A DNA stretch of 64,000 nt from an uncultured Clostridia bacterium. Lineage in GTDB: Bacteria; Bacillota; Clostridia; Christensenellales; CAG-314. The notes under the pieces were generated by a model, which searched no databases, had not been told where the DNA came from, and saw only the letters and a program-made list of their open reading frames with translations. A program made the translations under genes and the position numbers. The stretch lies in assembly GCA_947630425.1 (NCBI GenBank), contig CANRHN010000002.1:33392-97391 (forward strand). Reading direction: 5' to 3'. Below, piece by piece: positions 1-15,000 of this stretch. Positions within the stretch are counted from its first letter, which is position 1, and every line of letters starts with the position of its first letter.

Positions 1-3000
1 GTGATGATGTGTCGAGTTTGACGAAGGGTCACAAAAACGTCGGTGTGTACACCGTCAACGTCGCCATCAGCGAAAACGGCAACTTCCAATTTGCAGGCGG
101 CAGGTACGAGGCAACGCTTACGTACAGTATCACGGCGTTTGACATCACGAAACTTACGGATGAGCAATGGAAAGCTGTGTTGGAAGACAAGGTGTACACA
201 GGCGTCGGCGTTGCAACAACGATCAAGAGTATAACAGTTACCGTTGGCGACAAGCAAATCACCTTTACCCCCGACGGCACAGGCAAGGGTGAAAACGAGG
301 TGGCTCTTAAAGGCAACTTTGAAATTACAGGTTACTTCTCCAACACAAACGCAGGTACGGCGCGCGCAACCGTCACGGGCAGAGGCAACTTTGCCGGCAG
401 CAAAGAGGTGTCGTTTATCATTGCACCGCGCAATGTGCTTGTGAAAATAAAGTCGCCGTCTACGCCTTACGGTCAAAGCCTTGCGGAAATCAGCACACAG
501 GGCGTCGGTTGGGAACTTGTTCCGTACTTCGAGTACGAAAGCGAGGTCGGCACAGACGGATTTGTTTGGAATTGGAAAGGCGACGGCACCGACTACGCAG
601 TTTACGCCAACGACAGTTTGGGCATCAAGCTCGGCTTGGCAAACGCGCACTACAACGCCGCAGGCGGCGCGTTGCTTGTGGGTACTTATGCCATTTACGA
701 CGCGTCGAACGAGAACGCGCACACAATGGCAACCTCGTCCAACTACAGCATCACATACATTGGCGATTGGAGCAGTGGCGGCACTTACGACGAAAACAAG
801 CCGCTCAACGGACACGCGGGCACTTACACCGTCACACCGCGTGAGATCGTTCTTACTATCGGCAATTTGTCCGCTCAGTACGGCGATAATACACAAGCCA
901 CAATAATTGCAGGCACAATGCTCAGTGACAAGAACAGCCTGCTTACCGACAGCTACACCGTTGGAAACTATACAGGTGCGGCTATTCTTGCTGACGACAA
1001 GGAGACATTGTTCAAAGGCATTGAGCTTTCCATTGTTACTGCCGACGACAACTACAGCAAGGGCACAAACGCTTGGCTCAACGCAGGCAACTATGCTATC
1101 ATTGCTCACTTTGACAGCAGTGCAACAGTCTCCAATTACTTCGGCGGAGACGGCGCTACCTACAACGTGGGCGACCAGTACAAGATTACGCTTGCAGGTA
1201 CTTTCAGCGGCGAAGGCACTTACACGGACAGCGGCTTTGGCTTTGAGCCGGAGCCTGCCTACAGCGGACACGCAGGCACATTCACCGTTACTCCGCGCGA
1301 AATTACCATAGAGATCACTCACATCGAACACGAGTACAACAAGGCAGAGCCTACCAAAGACGAACTCAAATGGGAGCTGAAAGTGGGCAGCAAGCTTGCG
1401 GAAGGTGACTCGGAAGACATTCTCGGCGTTGTGTTGAAAAAAGACCCCGGCGTGAATGTTGGCACTTACTCCGTCAACGGAGCGTACACGGAGAGCGGAA
1501 GCTACATCGTCCACTTCGAAAACGGCGTCAACGCAGTGCAAATTACCGAGCGCAAGATCGTTGTGCACATTCACGACCAATATGCCGTCTACGGCGAGGC
1601 GGAGACCGTCAACTCGACCATGGGCAAGAGTGCCACAGAGGGCGGTTGGCATGCGACTTTGGCTGAGGGCAGCACCTACAAAGAGGGCAACGCCATTGTC
1701 AGCGGCGACGACATTCAGCTGGTCCTTATCAAAGAGTACGGCGCGTCTGTCAACGAAATCGGCTATGCCATCTACGGCAGCTACCGCAACAGCAACTACA
1801 CCGTAACTTACGAGGGCAGATTTGCGGGCGAAGGAAATTATAACGATGACGACCGCACGGCTTACGCAGGACATGCAGGCACATACAAAATGCTTGCCCG
1901 CAAGATCGCGGTGGAAATTCTCAAGCAGAACAACACCTACGGCGAAACGCCCAGACTTTCCTCCGCGCAAGACACGGCGTGGAAGCTCTACGAGGGCAGC
2001 TTTACTCCCACTTACGACCCACATGTTGGCAACATCAACGCCAACACCATTGTAAGAAACGACAGCCTCGGATTGTCCTTTGCAACCAACGCAACCAACA
2101 GAACCAATGTCGGTGAAAAACGCCATATCGAGGTTACGTACGACAACGACAACTACGACATAACCTTCTTCTACAAAGAAGACGCGGTGTACGCGCAACT
2201 CGAAAACTCCGACGGCAAAGTTACCGCCGAGGGCGCACTTGTAACCGTCAAACGTGCCATCAGTATCACGTTGAACGGCGTGACGGTACGCTACGGCGAC
2301 CTGCCCGAGGGTGCAAAGCTCTACCACTATGAAAACGACGGTCATGGCGGTCACGATGAGCTGCTTATACGCAACACAATGGGTGTTGATTGGGTTGCTC
2401 GCAGTGCTTTGACGGGCGAAGGCGCGGCTATCGTCAACGGTGACGAGCTGGTACTTGTCATCGGTATTTGGTACTACGACACGGTTAAAGGAGCAGGCAA
2501 GCCGTTTGAAGCGGGTATCTATGTTGCCGACGCGGACAAGTGCTATGTGTACGCGCGTCTTGCCACGGCAGAAGACAAAGAGGCTACCACTGATGAAGAT
2601 GACGGCAGATTTGCCAACATCGACGACAATGCCAACTACGAACTTATGGTTGTCGGCAACCCCGCGTTCCCCAATGAAAACAGAGACCCCAATGGTATCT
2701 ACGAATTCGACACATCAAACGGAACGCATTGGACGAGCGGCGCGGCAAAAGTCACTATCGAAAAGCGCAAAGTGACCGTTACCCCCGTCAGCCACCAAGA
2801 CGTTTACGGCACGGCTTATGTGCCGCAAGGCTGGACGTTCGGCGGCGACGGCTACTATGAACCCGACCGTACCGAATTCGAAAAAAATGGCGAAGTTCAA
2901 TTCAAAACAGAACCGCCCAAGAGCTCATCCGGCAACATCAAAGTGGGCGTATACACACTTGAGTTGAAGCCCATCACCGACGGAGATCTTCCTGTACGCG

Positions 3001-6000
3001 CCAACTACGACATTACTCGCGAAGAGGGCACTTACACAGTTACGCCCAAAGCGATAACGTACAATGTGGCAGACGCCACGGGCGTATATAACGGTCAACG
3101 TCCCACACTTGAGTCTGTATCCGAAGGTATCGACGGCGTTGTTTCGGGCGACAACTTGTACATTGCGCTTACTGTCAGCCCCAACATCGCAGGTACTTGG
3201 GGCGTAGGCAAGTATCCTATCGTCGGCACGGCGGTAAGCGGTGACGACAAGGACGACGCAAGCAACTACACGTTTACGTTCAACGGCGGTTGGACGACTG
3301 TTCCAAGCGATCAGCGAGCGGGCACATTTACCGTTTCCGGCAACGCGGGCGTTTACACCATAACCCCCGTAAAGCTCACCGTGGCGTTTATGCGCCAGAC
3401 GGCAGTTTACGGTTCGGCAAGCGCAACAATCGGCACAAACTACGACATCACTCGCGAGGTCGGTTGGAAATTGACCAATGGCAAGCTTGTAACGGGCGAG
3501 ACGCTCACCTTTACAAGAAGCATTGTTGCAGACAGAAGCAAAGATTGCTTTGAAAGTTTCTATCTGTACGTCAAACGCGGCGGCGACGAAATTGTCGGTT
3601 ACGACGTAAAGATAACCTTTACCGAAAACAAGAATTACAAAATTACGTTTACCTACGACAAAACTTCGTTTGCAGACAGACTCGACCACGCCATTTCGCC
3701 CGACGGCGACAGCTTTACGTTGGAAAAAGCCTTTGTGGTAAATCCGCGTGAGATTACAGTCACCATCAACGACAAATCGAGCGTTTACGACGGCACCGAC
3801 ATCAGCGGCAAGAGTTTTGGCTCAAGCGACTACACAATCGACAACAACGCCGCCAACGACTCGGGTGCGGCAGTGGTCATGCGCAATGGTAGAAGGGACG
3901 AACCGACAATCGTTCTTACCGCAACGGGCGTCAACGCAGGCAAGTATGCCATCACGGCAACCTGCTCGAGCGGCAACTATAACGTTACGTTCAGGGGCAG
4001 CTGGAGCGAGGCGGACGACAACAAGGGTAAAGCCGGTACTTACACAATTGAGCCCAAAACAATAACTCTCAACATCAAGAACCAACAAACGACATTCAAT
4101 GGAATGCACGCGGAGTACACTTTGTCGCAAGAAGCGAGCAACTACGAGTTTGTTGGACTTGTAGAAGGCGACAGCCTCACAGTAACACTTAAGTTTGCTT
4201 CCGCGCCTACCGATTGGCATGCAAGCACCTATGCGATAACGGCATCAATCAGTGGCGCAAAAGCAAAGAACTACAACGTAACCCTTTCGGGCAGCTGGAA
4301 TGGCGCGGACGACTACCTCAACAAAGCAGGTACTTACACGATTAGCCCGCTTGCAGTGGAAATCGTTCCTCAAGCGCAGTTCTCCGTCTACGACGGCAAA
4401 GAGCCGACCGAAATCAAACACGGCTATGGAGAGGCTTGGCTGTTTACAGAGGAAACCATATCTGCTCTCGGCAGTCTGTTCGACAAGGACGGAAAATTGT
4501 TGGATAGCGAATCCGTTGACGCCATACTTCCGCTTGAATTTGTCAAAGAACAAGGCATTTATGTCGGCAACTATGATATCATCTTGAATGGTTGCACCAA
4601 CACAGACTATACCGTGACCATTGCCGAAGAAAGCGTTGACAACAATGCTTACCGCATCAACCCGCGTCCCGTAACCGTAACCGTAATGGGACAAACGGGC
4701 GTTTACGGCAGCAGCTTGACGGTCAACCAAGTTGACGGCGTTGACTATGTTGCGGAAAAGGCAACAGACGACTCCGGCAGCGGACTTGTTGGCAGCGACA
4801 ACCTTAACATCACGTTTGAATTGGAAGAGGTTTCCGGCAAGTCTAATTCCGGCAACTACAAGGTCGGTTGGTACAAAATTAAAGTAACCTACAACAACAG
4901 CAACTACAAAGTGACCTTGAAAGGCGACAACAGCAACATCAAGCTTGCCGAGGCTAAACGCGGTGATAGCAATCCCGAAACAGACGAGTCTGTTGCCGCA
5001 AATGGCGTAGCGCAAGAGCTTAAGAACTTGTTCTACGTGAGCAAACGTCAAATTTTGGTTAATATTCTCGACCAATCCGCCACCTACGACGGAACGCTGT
5101 GCGGCACGCTTGAAGGCGACACTCCCGCCCAATCTAAGAACCAAGCTTGGACGGCTGTATCCGCAATCAACGCCCCGGGCTCGGCTATCATGGAAGGCGA
5201 CACGTTAGATATAACAATTTCCACGGAAGCAAGTCCGATTGACGCAAACAGCTACTACCTGATAGGTAAGCTTGGCACTGACGGCGACAGCGACAACTAT
5301 GAAGTGGTGTTCCAAGGCAATTGGAAAGATGTCGGCAAGTTGCCCGGCGGTTATACAACCACTCCCGTTGAGGGTTACACTCACGGCGCAGGCACATTCA
5401 CAATTGCCCCCGCCGAGCTGGAAATCACCATAAAAAACCAGACTCACGAATATGACGGCACTGCAGGTGAAATCAACTTCACAAAGGATACCGCTTGGAG
5501 TGTAACCAACGGCACTCTGCGTGACAGGGACGAAAGTGATTTCACCAATGGAGAAAGCGGACTCAAGCTTCTGCGCGAAGAGGGTAACACCGTTGCCACA
5601 TATCGTTTGTACAGTGAGTTCACTCACAAAAACTACAACATCACTTGGGTAGAGGGTACTTACCAAATCACTCCGCGCAAAGTGGTGGTACACATCAACG
5701 ACCAAGAACACACCTACGACGGCACCGTTCCCGAGGTGAACAGCGAGATAACAACGGGTTGGACTGTTTCGCTTAGCGAATCAAGCACGTACAGCGGTTT
5801 GGGCGTAGACGCTATCGTCACGGTAGGCGACGTCAAGGACGACCGTCTTATCACGCTTAGCAAGACCGCGGGCATTGACGCAGGAATATACCCGATCACA
5901 GGCGTTTGCGACAACCCCAACTATCAGGTTGAGTGGCAAGGCGCATGGAACAGCGACACGCACGGCAGCAACCCCGAATTGAACGGCATAGCCGGCGTGT

Positions 6001-9000
6001 ACACAATCAAGCAACGTGCAGTAACCGTAGAAATTCTCAGCCAAAGCGGCGTTTACGGCGGCTATCAAGACGAGGGTATCAGTTCCGCTCAGCACTTTGC
6101 TTGGAACGTGACAGATGGCGAAGTGCTTACGCGCGACAGTCTTGAAATTACGATTGGTATTGTCTTTGATGAAAATCAAAAGAGCGATTTGGGCAAGCAA
6201 CTCAATGCCGGTTGGTACAGTATCAAGGTTACCTACAACAACAAAAACTACAAGGTAACGTTCGAATGCAAACACAACATCAACACAGAAGATGGCAACG
6301 TAACGTCGTCGGATGTTGCTGACCACGCGGTCAAGGGTACATGGGACGCCAACTCCAACACTTACACGGTAGAAAACGGTTATCGTATCTACCCGCGCCG
6401 TTTGGAAATCACCGTTGCCGACCAATCCGCCGATTACAAGGGCAAGAATATCGCCCCCACAATCAAACAAAAGAATGAGCTTGATGACGCTTGGAAAGCG
6501 ACCAACGTGTTGAACGGCAGCTGGCCTCCGTTTGTCACCACGGAAGAAGAAGCAGCATTTGAAATCATTTTGTCCGTTCAAAAGTCCGGCGATTATTGGA
6601 ATGCCGGCACTTACGACATCGTAGGCGAAGTCAAAAACGCAGGCGACAAGACCAATTACGTCATCGAAAGCGTTAAAAACGGCAAGTTCACTATCAATCC
6701 GTTGAACGTCACCGTGACGGTCAATAAGCAGACCTACGCTGTTTACAACGGCACAAATTGGGCTACAGACTTCAACGAGAAGAGCAAAACCGTCAGTACC
6801 TTTGCCCAAAACGGCTATTGGACGGCGGACGGTGTACTTGGCGAGGACCAAAAGGCATTTGCAAAATCCGTTCAACTCAATTTGATTGGTGAAGCGGTTG
6901 CAGCCAATGTCTACTCTGCAGGTGGTAGTTGGCGTGATGACGCAGACGAAAACATCATTCTCAACTACAACGTGAACTATGTCGGCGGTTCTGTGTTTAC
7001 CGTCAACAAACGTGCATTGACCGTTTCTATCAAAGACGCGACCTCTGTTTACGGTGAAAACTTTGCCGCTCTGTCCTACGAAGAAACCATCACCTGCACC
7101 AACGACAACAACGAAGCCACCAAGGGGCTTGGCACTATCAACGGCGACGATCTTGGTATCACTCTGTCTAAGCTGGGCGGCAGAGAGGCAGGCACGTATG
7201 CCATCACAGGCAGCTGGAGAAACAACAGCAACTACGAAGTTACCTTTACGGGCAGCTGGAGCGGAGAGGACTCCAACAAGGGTCATGCCGGTACTTACAC
7301 GGTTACTCAACGTCAACTCACTGTTCACATCAACAATCAAGGCGGCGTGTTCGGCGGACTTACCTACACCAACCTCAACGAATTGCAGGGAACAAAAGAT
7401 GGCGAAAACGGCTGGTACATCGAGGGCTTTGCAGATGATACGGGCATCAGCAACGAAAATAAAAACAGCAAAGTTTACGTTATGCCCGGCGACTCGTTGT
7501 CGATTTCCCTTGTTCTCCACAACGATACACATAGCGGAGAACACACAGGAAAATGCGCAATCTCCGCAACCTGCGGCAACACCAACTACAAAGTAACCTT
7601 CACGGGCGATTGGAAAGAAAATGACGAATTCAATGGAATTGCAGGTATATTCGAGGTTTCCAAACGCGCCATTCAGATCAAACTCCTCGACCAGACAACC
7701 ACTTACAACGGCGGAAAACAGGGTCCGAAAAACGGTCGTGGCGTTGCTTACGAAATAAGCGTCACCAATGACAACGACAACCCCAATGTGGCATTTGTTC
7801 CCGAGGGCGTCAGAGCGCCCAAGATGGAGTTGTCCTTCAAGCTGATTGACGGCGACCAGACCAACGCGGGCGTGTACGCACTCTGCATTGTAATAACGCG
7901 TGCGGGTGAGCCTATCTTTGACAGTGCAACGTCCGAGGTTGGCGACACAATCTCCTTGGACCGCGAGGGCAACATCGTCATCACCACCAACGAGTATATC
8001 ATCACCTTGCTCAAGGCGTCTTGGACGAACACGGACGAGGGACAACCCAAGTTGGCAAATGCCGCGGGCACTTACACAATTAACAAGAAAAACGTCACAT
8101 TGACGATTGAGGACTATACGGACACCTACGGCGAGATTACGTTGGAGCAAATCAACAAGATACTTGCAGACAAAGACAATCCTGCTTGGAATGAAAACGG
8201 CATTGTTTCTGCTGATTTGGACGCTATCAAGGAGGCTGTAGAACTGAAAATCAGAGTAGGAGCCGAAGCGGAAAGCGACGAGCTGAGCGGAAACTACATC
8301 AACGCAGGTACTTACTACATTCACGGTACATTCAACGGTAGTAAAAACGACACATGCGGCAACTACAACATCACCTTTACGGGTACGCGCAGCACTGCAG
8401 AAACAGGTATTCTGACCATAAACAAACGTAGCATTGGTTTACGTGTAAACGACAAGAGTACAGTCTACGGCGCAGGTGAACCCGCTTGGGACTACACCGA
8501 AGTGTTGATGGGCGGCACAACCGGTTCTGCAATACTTGAAGGCGACAAAGAAAAGTTTGCCGCGGCAATCAAGTTTGAAATTCTCAATCGGGCAACAAGC
8601 AGCACAAACAAACTCAAAGTCGGCAGGTATCCCATTTGGATGAGCGTCGACGCAGAAAAAGATAGCGACGGATTTATCTCAAACAACTATAATATCACAT
8701 TCAGCGGACTTTGGAGCGGTAGCGGCGACAAGGATGGCGTCGCATTGGCACAGCGCGCAGGTGTGTACACGGTGAGCCGGAAGGAAATCACCGTAACAAA
8801 CATCACGGGCACGCTTCAAAGCGAGTACGGCGACGAAGTACCCACCGTTTGGACTTACACAACAAACGACGGCGACATTTTGGCTGGCGACAAAGTGACA
8901 GTGGTGTTCTCTACCGGCGCAAGCGCAACTGCCAATGTGGGCACTTACCCCATCACCGTTGCTTTGGGCGGCGACGGCGCGGACAACGACAACTACTCTA

Positions 9001-12000
9001 TGACGGTGAAATGTAACGTAAGCTACGAAATCGTTAAGCGCCAGCTCACCATCGATGTGGAGCAGAACCACAAAATAACCTACGGCGACGAGGAGACTCT
9101 ACCCACAATTACGACGACCCGCACCAAGAACAGAGACAGCGTATGGCTGGTCGGCGACGACGACGTTTTGTTCGGTATCACATGCACAGGTGAGATGCGT
9201 TACAACGGTCACCTGCGCGTCAAGGATGGCGGCTACGACTTTGTTGTGTATATTTACGGCGGGGACATGGCAAACTACGAAATCACCCACCACAATTATG
9301 ACACAGCCAAGTACATTGTAGAAGCGCGTCCCGTAAAGGTAACCATCAACGACAAGTCGACTGTCTACGGCGAAGCGGAAGCCGAGCTTGATTACACTGT
9401 TGAAAAAGCCAACAACCCCGTCAGCACAATCGGAACAAGAGCAATTGTGAACAGCGGAAGAGGTCTGCTTGAGGGTGAAAGCGAAAGCGTTCTCAACATT
9501 ATCCTTACTCGTAGCGGACTGAACAGCGGACGCAATGGTGTGGCATACTACGCTATCACGGGTCAATCCTCAACAACGGACTATGCCGTAACGTTTGTGG
9601 GTCGTTGGGGCACTACGGACGAAACCGCCGGTAAGGATACAGTCAACTACAACAAAGCCGGTATTTACGAAATCACCAAGCGCGCAATTCGCATCGAAAT
9701 TTACAACCAGTCGGCAGTCTATGGCGAAGCAATCAACGTTACGTCTGTTCAGGGTACCGATTGGAAGGTGCTGGGCGCGCAAGAAGTAGATGGTAAACAG
9801 TACTACGGTCTCAAAGCCGGCGACAATCTCGAGCTTGAGTTGTACTTGGACGAATACACGAACGGCACTTATAACGTACGTACTCGCGGCGCATATCCGC
9901 TTAGATACAAGGTGGGCAACGACAACTACGACGTTACGGTAGTGTATACTGAGTTGGACGCAACGCAGCAAAAGCTTTATACAGAAGACTACACGGAGGC
10001 TCAAGCCGACGGCGTCGGCAGATGGGGAGCGCGTTCGCCCATCACAAGCGATTTGCGCCAAGCCAACCACGGTTACTTCTTTGTGACGGTGCGTAAGGTG
10101 TATGTAAACATCAAAAATCAAAGCGGAGTCTACGGCGACGAATACAATTTGCTGCAAACCTCCTCGGGCGACAGCCCCGCCTATACGGTATCGTTGGGCA
10201 GCGGCTTGACGGGCGAAATATTTGTGGACGATTTGAGCGTAACATTCTCGCTGGTTACCACGGCTTACGGCGGTACAGATGGAAAATCGAGCGGCACGCT
10301 CTCCTATGCCGGATCATATCCCATTTTCGGCGACAAAATAAAAGCAATTCGCAACAAAACGGAATTGAAGGACAACGATCCCATTCTCACCAATTACAGC
10401 TTTGAGTTCACGGGTGAGTGGACGGGACATGAAGAATACCCCAGCGGAAACACATACGCAAATCGCGTGGGCATATTCCACGTTCAAAAGCGCAAAGTCA
10501 CCGTTAGCGCCAACAACGTAGAAGCGGTGTACGGAACATACAAGGACCTTAACACAGATGTCGGCATATTCTCGTTGATCGACCAAAAGGGCTATTCCGC
10601 CAAGGCGACAAACAGTGACGGCAATGCGTTTGTAATCGGCGATGAAGATTTGATGGGCTTTGCACTTTCCGTGACATATGACGGCGACAAGCTCAGCACA
10701 GGTCGTGCGCTAAAGGTGGGAGCTTACACAATTGTTCTTACTAAAAACCCATCAACGGAAGAAGACAAAGCAAAGGCTGTAAACAGTTATGATATCAAGC
10801 TGGAAAACGCCACTCTCACTGTTACAAAAGCAAGCATCACCATCAACATTCTGAATGGTTCGGCAAGCGAAAAGGGCAGCACATACGGCGAATATCTTAC
10901 GATTGACGACGTGAAGTGGAGCAGCGTCGACAACGCCAACATGTTCAGAGTGGTGGGCGAAAACTTTGTCGCAGGCGACAAGCTTGAGTTCAACATTTAC
11001 AGCTCGCTGCACAAGTACTTTACGGACGGCACGTATCTGAAGAACGGCGGCAAGTACCCCAACGCAGGCAACTATGCACTGTATGCAGCCGATTGGAGCG
11101 CGGTGGGCGACAACGCCAACTACAACGAGCCGACTTGGACGGGCGCGTTTACAATCGGTGCGGACAGCAGTGACAATTGGTACAGCGGCATCGCAGGTAT
11201 CTACACTGTAAACAAAAAGCAAGTCACGGCGACCATTGAGGACGCGAGCGTTGAGTACGGTGAAAGCATAGAAGGTTTGAAATTCACCTACAAGCTGGAA
11301 GACGGTTGGGCAGTGGCAGGCGACGACGAAAGCGCGATTGCAATTACGCTCGTCACCGACGCAAGCAGCGGTTCACCCGTCAGCGCAGTGGGCTATGCAA
11401 TCAGAGGCATGGTGGAAAGCGTCAACTACGACGTGACGTTTAAGGGCAGCTACTTGGGCGGCACAAGCGGTACGCTTACCATCACACCGCGCAGAATAGT
11501 GGTTGTTATCGAACCGCAATCATCTGTATACGGCAGTAACCCCGTTGCAAACAGCGATCCTAAGAATTGGTTTGTTGTGAGAAACGGCAATTCCGTCTCC
11601 ACATCCAACTTTGAAGCGGCTTGGAAAGCGGTGTTCGGAGCGGCAAAGGAAACGCAATTCAGCGAGTTGAACATCACCCTTACCAAGGGTATCACGTCCA
11701 TAGACGGCAACACGGAGCTTTGGGACAACGGCGGCGGACTGTATGGCGGCAAGTATCGCCTGAGCGGTCGTTGCGACAACAACAACTTTGACGTGTTGTT
11801 TGTGGGCTACAACAGTGCCTACGACTCCGACGCGTCCCAGTACTACCCGAAGCTCAAAGCCGAGACCGAAGAGGACAAAGCAGCCGAGTGGGCAAAACTT
11901 GCCGACAGTTGGGGCGTGTACGAAATCACTCCGTTGGATATCACCATTGAGATCGTCGATCGCAGCGCAACCTACGGTTCGACGCTTACCGACGGCGTGA

Positions 12001-15000
12001 CGGAACTCAAGTACGGCGCACAACTTGTCAACAACTCGGGCGTTGCTTGGAACTATGCAAAAGGCTCAGGCAGATTTACAGTCGGTCACGAGCAGTACTT
12101 GTCCTTCTACCTTGTGGAGAACAAGGGAATTGACTTGAGCGAAGTTCTCTACGCAGAGGTCGGCACGTACGACATCACAGGTTATTGGGCGGACGGCATA
12201 GACGAAGGAAACACGCTGTACCGTTTGGCTACAATGTGCTACAACGTAACGTTTGTGGGCAGCCGTGGCGACGGACACAAGGGCGCGTTCACAGTCGACC
12301 CCGCAACCATTCAACAGAACAACCGTTCTGCGGAAGGGGACGAAACGTTTACGGGTACATTGTGGAACCGCACCGAGCTGTATCGTAGCAGCGACGTGAC
12401 CTACTCTCTCAAGATAGACAAGCGTTTCCTCGTCTTTGCGGGAGACATGGAATTTGGCGCACAAGATTACAACGACCTGTTCAACGGCAACCCCTCCGTC
12501 AAACACGACGCGGCAACGGTCACTTACCAAGACCTGTTCCGCGACGGAGTGGTGTACAAGAAGGGCGCGCTGACTGACGACGACCTTGAAATCACAAACT
12601 ACGGCGTGTGGACGGTTACGGTCATTGTGAAAAAAGCCAACCACGCACAAGCAACATTTACGCTTACGTTGACAGTTGTTCAGGCTGACCTCACCGTCAC
12701 CCTTGAGGACAAAGTCGCATTCAGCAGAACATACGGCAAGTACCTTGCCAATGGTGCGGAAAGCCGTGACGGCGTCGGTACATTTGCCGATTTGCAAGAG
12801 GAATTGAAAGCTTGGTTGTTCAGCACGGGCGACAAACGCGTCATCAAGAGCATTGCCGGTGCGGAAAACATTTCCAAAGACCTCGATGAAGTCATCGATT
12901 TGCTCAACAACATCAAGGGGACGGACGAGATCGTGGTTTCCATCAATACCACGAACTACGACAGCAGCACGGGCGGCTACCTCAACGCAAAGAAGTACAC
13001 ATTGCGCTTCGACGTGAACGGCAACATCAAAATCAAGTTCGCCGCTGACTACACGGTGGTGGAAATCACCAAGAGAGACCTTGGCGTAACTTGGACGGAG
13101 CAGGAGGGCGATCCCGCCGAAATGAGCAAACACACTGTCAACGGCAAGCAGTACGATTTGTACACCTACCGCTACGACAGCGAAAGTCACATGCCGCTGC
13201 CCATGGTCAAGAAGGGAGCGGATAGTGACAGCCTTCTCGAAGGCGACCTTGTTGCAAACGGCGAATACGGACATCAAATCTATCAGGTGGCGGCTGACGG
13301 CAAAGAAAACGCAGTGAACTTCATTTCAAGCGTCGGACTGTACCGCATCGCAGTGACGATAGACTACAACTCCGAAACAAGCGGCAACCAAGATATAAGC
13401 AACTACAACGTTGTGACGGTGGACGTCTACGTGGAGATCAAAGCCGTTGAAATCACGGTTACCATCGCCGATCAGCAAAACGAGTACGGCGAAGAGGATC
13501 TCGACCTCAACGCGCTGCCGAACGCTTGGAAGATCACGGCGGGCACTCTTCCCGAAGGCGAAGACCTGCTCATCACTCTGACGTTGCAGGATTACGAGGG
13601 CGAGAGACGTCACGCAGGTAACTACTACATCCTCGGACATTCCGCAAACGGCAACTATGACGTCACGTTTGTGGGCAGCTGGAAAGGCGCAGAAGATGAC
13701 GAAAACAACGGCAAAGCAGGCACTTACACTGTGAAACCGCGTGAAGTTATCGTCCATGTACACGATTTGACGTTTGTGTACGGCGACACCTTACCGGAGA
13801 ACTTTGTCACACTCGGCTCGCAGGCTTACACAACCTCGCGTCCCGACAGACCGTCCGGAATGGCAATGCAAGTGCAAGCCTCGACAGTGCCCATCTTCCC
13901 CGACGACTACGACGCGCTTGCTCCGAGCATCAAATTGGATGCGGAAGCTGCCGTGTACACGTCGACGGGTTACCTCAAAGCCAATGCAGACGGTTATCGT
14001 TTGGTATGCAGCTACAATCACGGAGACTACAACATTACCTTCGTCAATGACGATGGCGACGCGTACGATCCGACGCACTACGCCAAACTGAAAATCACGC
14101 AAAGGGATCTTACGATCAACATTCAGACCAGAACGGTTACCTACGGCGAAGATCGTCCGACAATGCCCATGAACTACAACGTTACGGGTTGGGCAACAAA
14201 CGACGCCGATTGGTTTGCAACGGCGCGCGACACGGAGCAATCCTTCCTGAAGTTCACCGTACACAATGCGGCTACGGGTGCAACGCTGGATGAAAGCAAA
14301 AAATACGATCCTGTCGGACTGTACATCATCATGCTGGAAAGCAACACCGCAGAAAGACACGATATCGGTAGCAACTACAACATCAACGTTTTGGGCGAGT
14401 GGTACAGCGAAGAGTACTATACGGACCAGAACGGCAAAGCAGGTAGCTACACCGTCAATCCCAAGCTCATTGCGGTAACGCTGACGGGCGCGCAAGGCGA
14501 GTACGGCGACGATTGCACCAACCTGCTCGGTTGGGAGCTTGTAAGCCAGCTTGCGGGCGACGAAACGCGCGATGTACTCAACTTCAGCTTCGACTATCAA
14601 AATGTGTTCCTTGCAAACGGTCACACCAACAACGTCGGCAAGTACGAAGTCAAGGCTACCATCAAAAATGACAACTACGTGTTGGACGGCGAGTTTACAA
14701 CAATTTACGAAATTGTACCTCGTCAAATCGACATCAAGGTGTTCGATCAAAGCAGCGAGTACGGCGACAGACACGGCGACTTTGTTGCAAGTCTCGGTTA
14801 CGGCACAGGCAGCGGTTGGACGGCACTGCGCACAGGAGCCGAGGGCAACGGAATTGCCTACGATGACGACTTGATCGTGACGACGCTCAGGTTGTACACC
14901 AACATCAACAACAACGTGTTTGTAAAAGACTATGTTGACAGCATCGATGTGAACAACGCCACTCTGACGGACACCAACTACAAGGTCAACAACATTGTCA

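Noticed and set aside
5781-8324. An 847-aa ORF on the minus strand inside the giant gene, and many other antisense ORFs between 29 and 16865 (for example 12066-13277, 13791-15092 and 16035-16865).
   Set aside because: They lie antisense to a frame with a clear, periodic protein-repeat signature. Their translations are low-complexity (rich in V, A, R, C and F) with no recognisable motifs. Long open antisense frames are expected when the sense codons TTA, CTA and TCA are rare.
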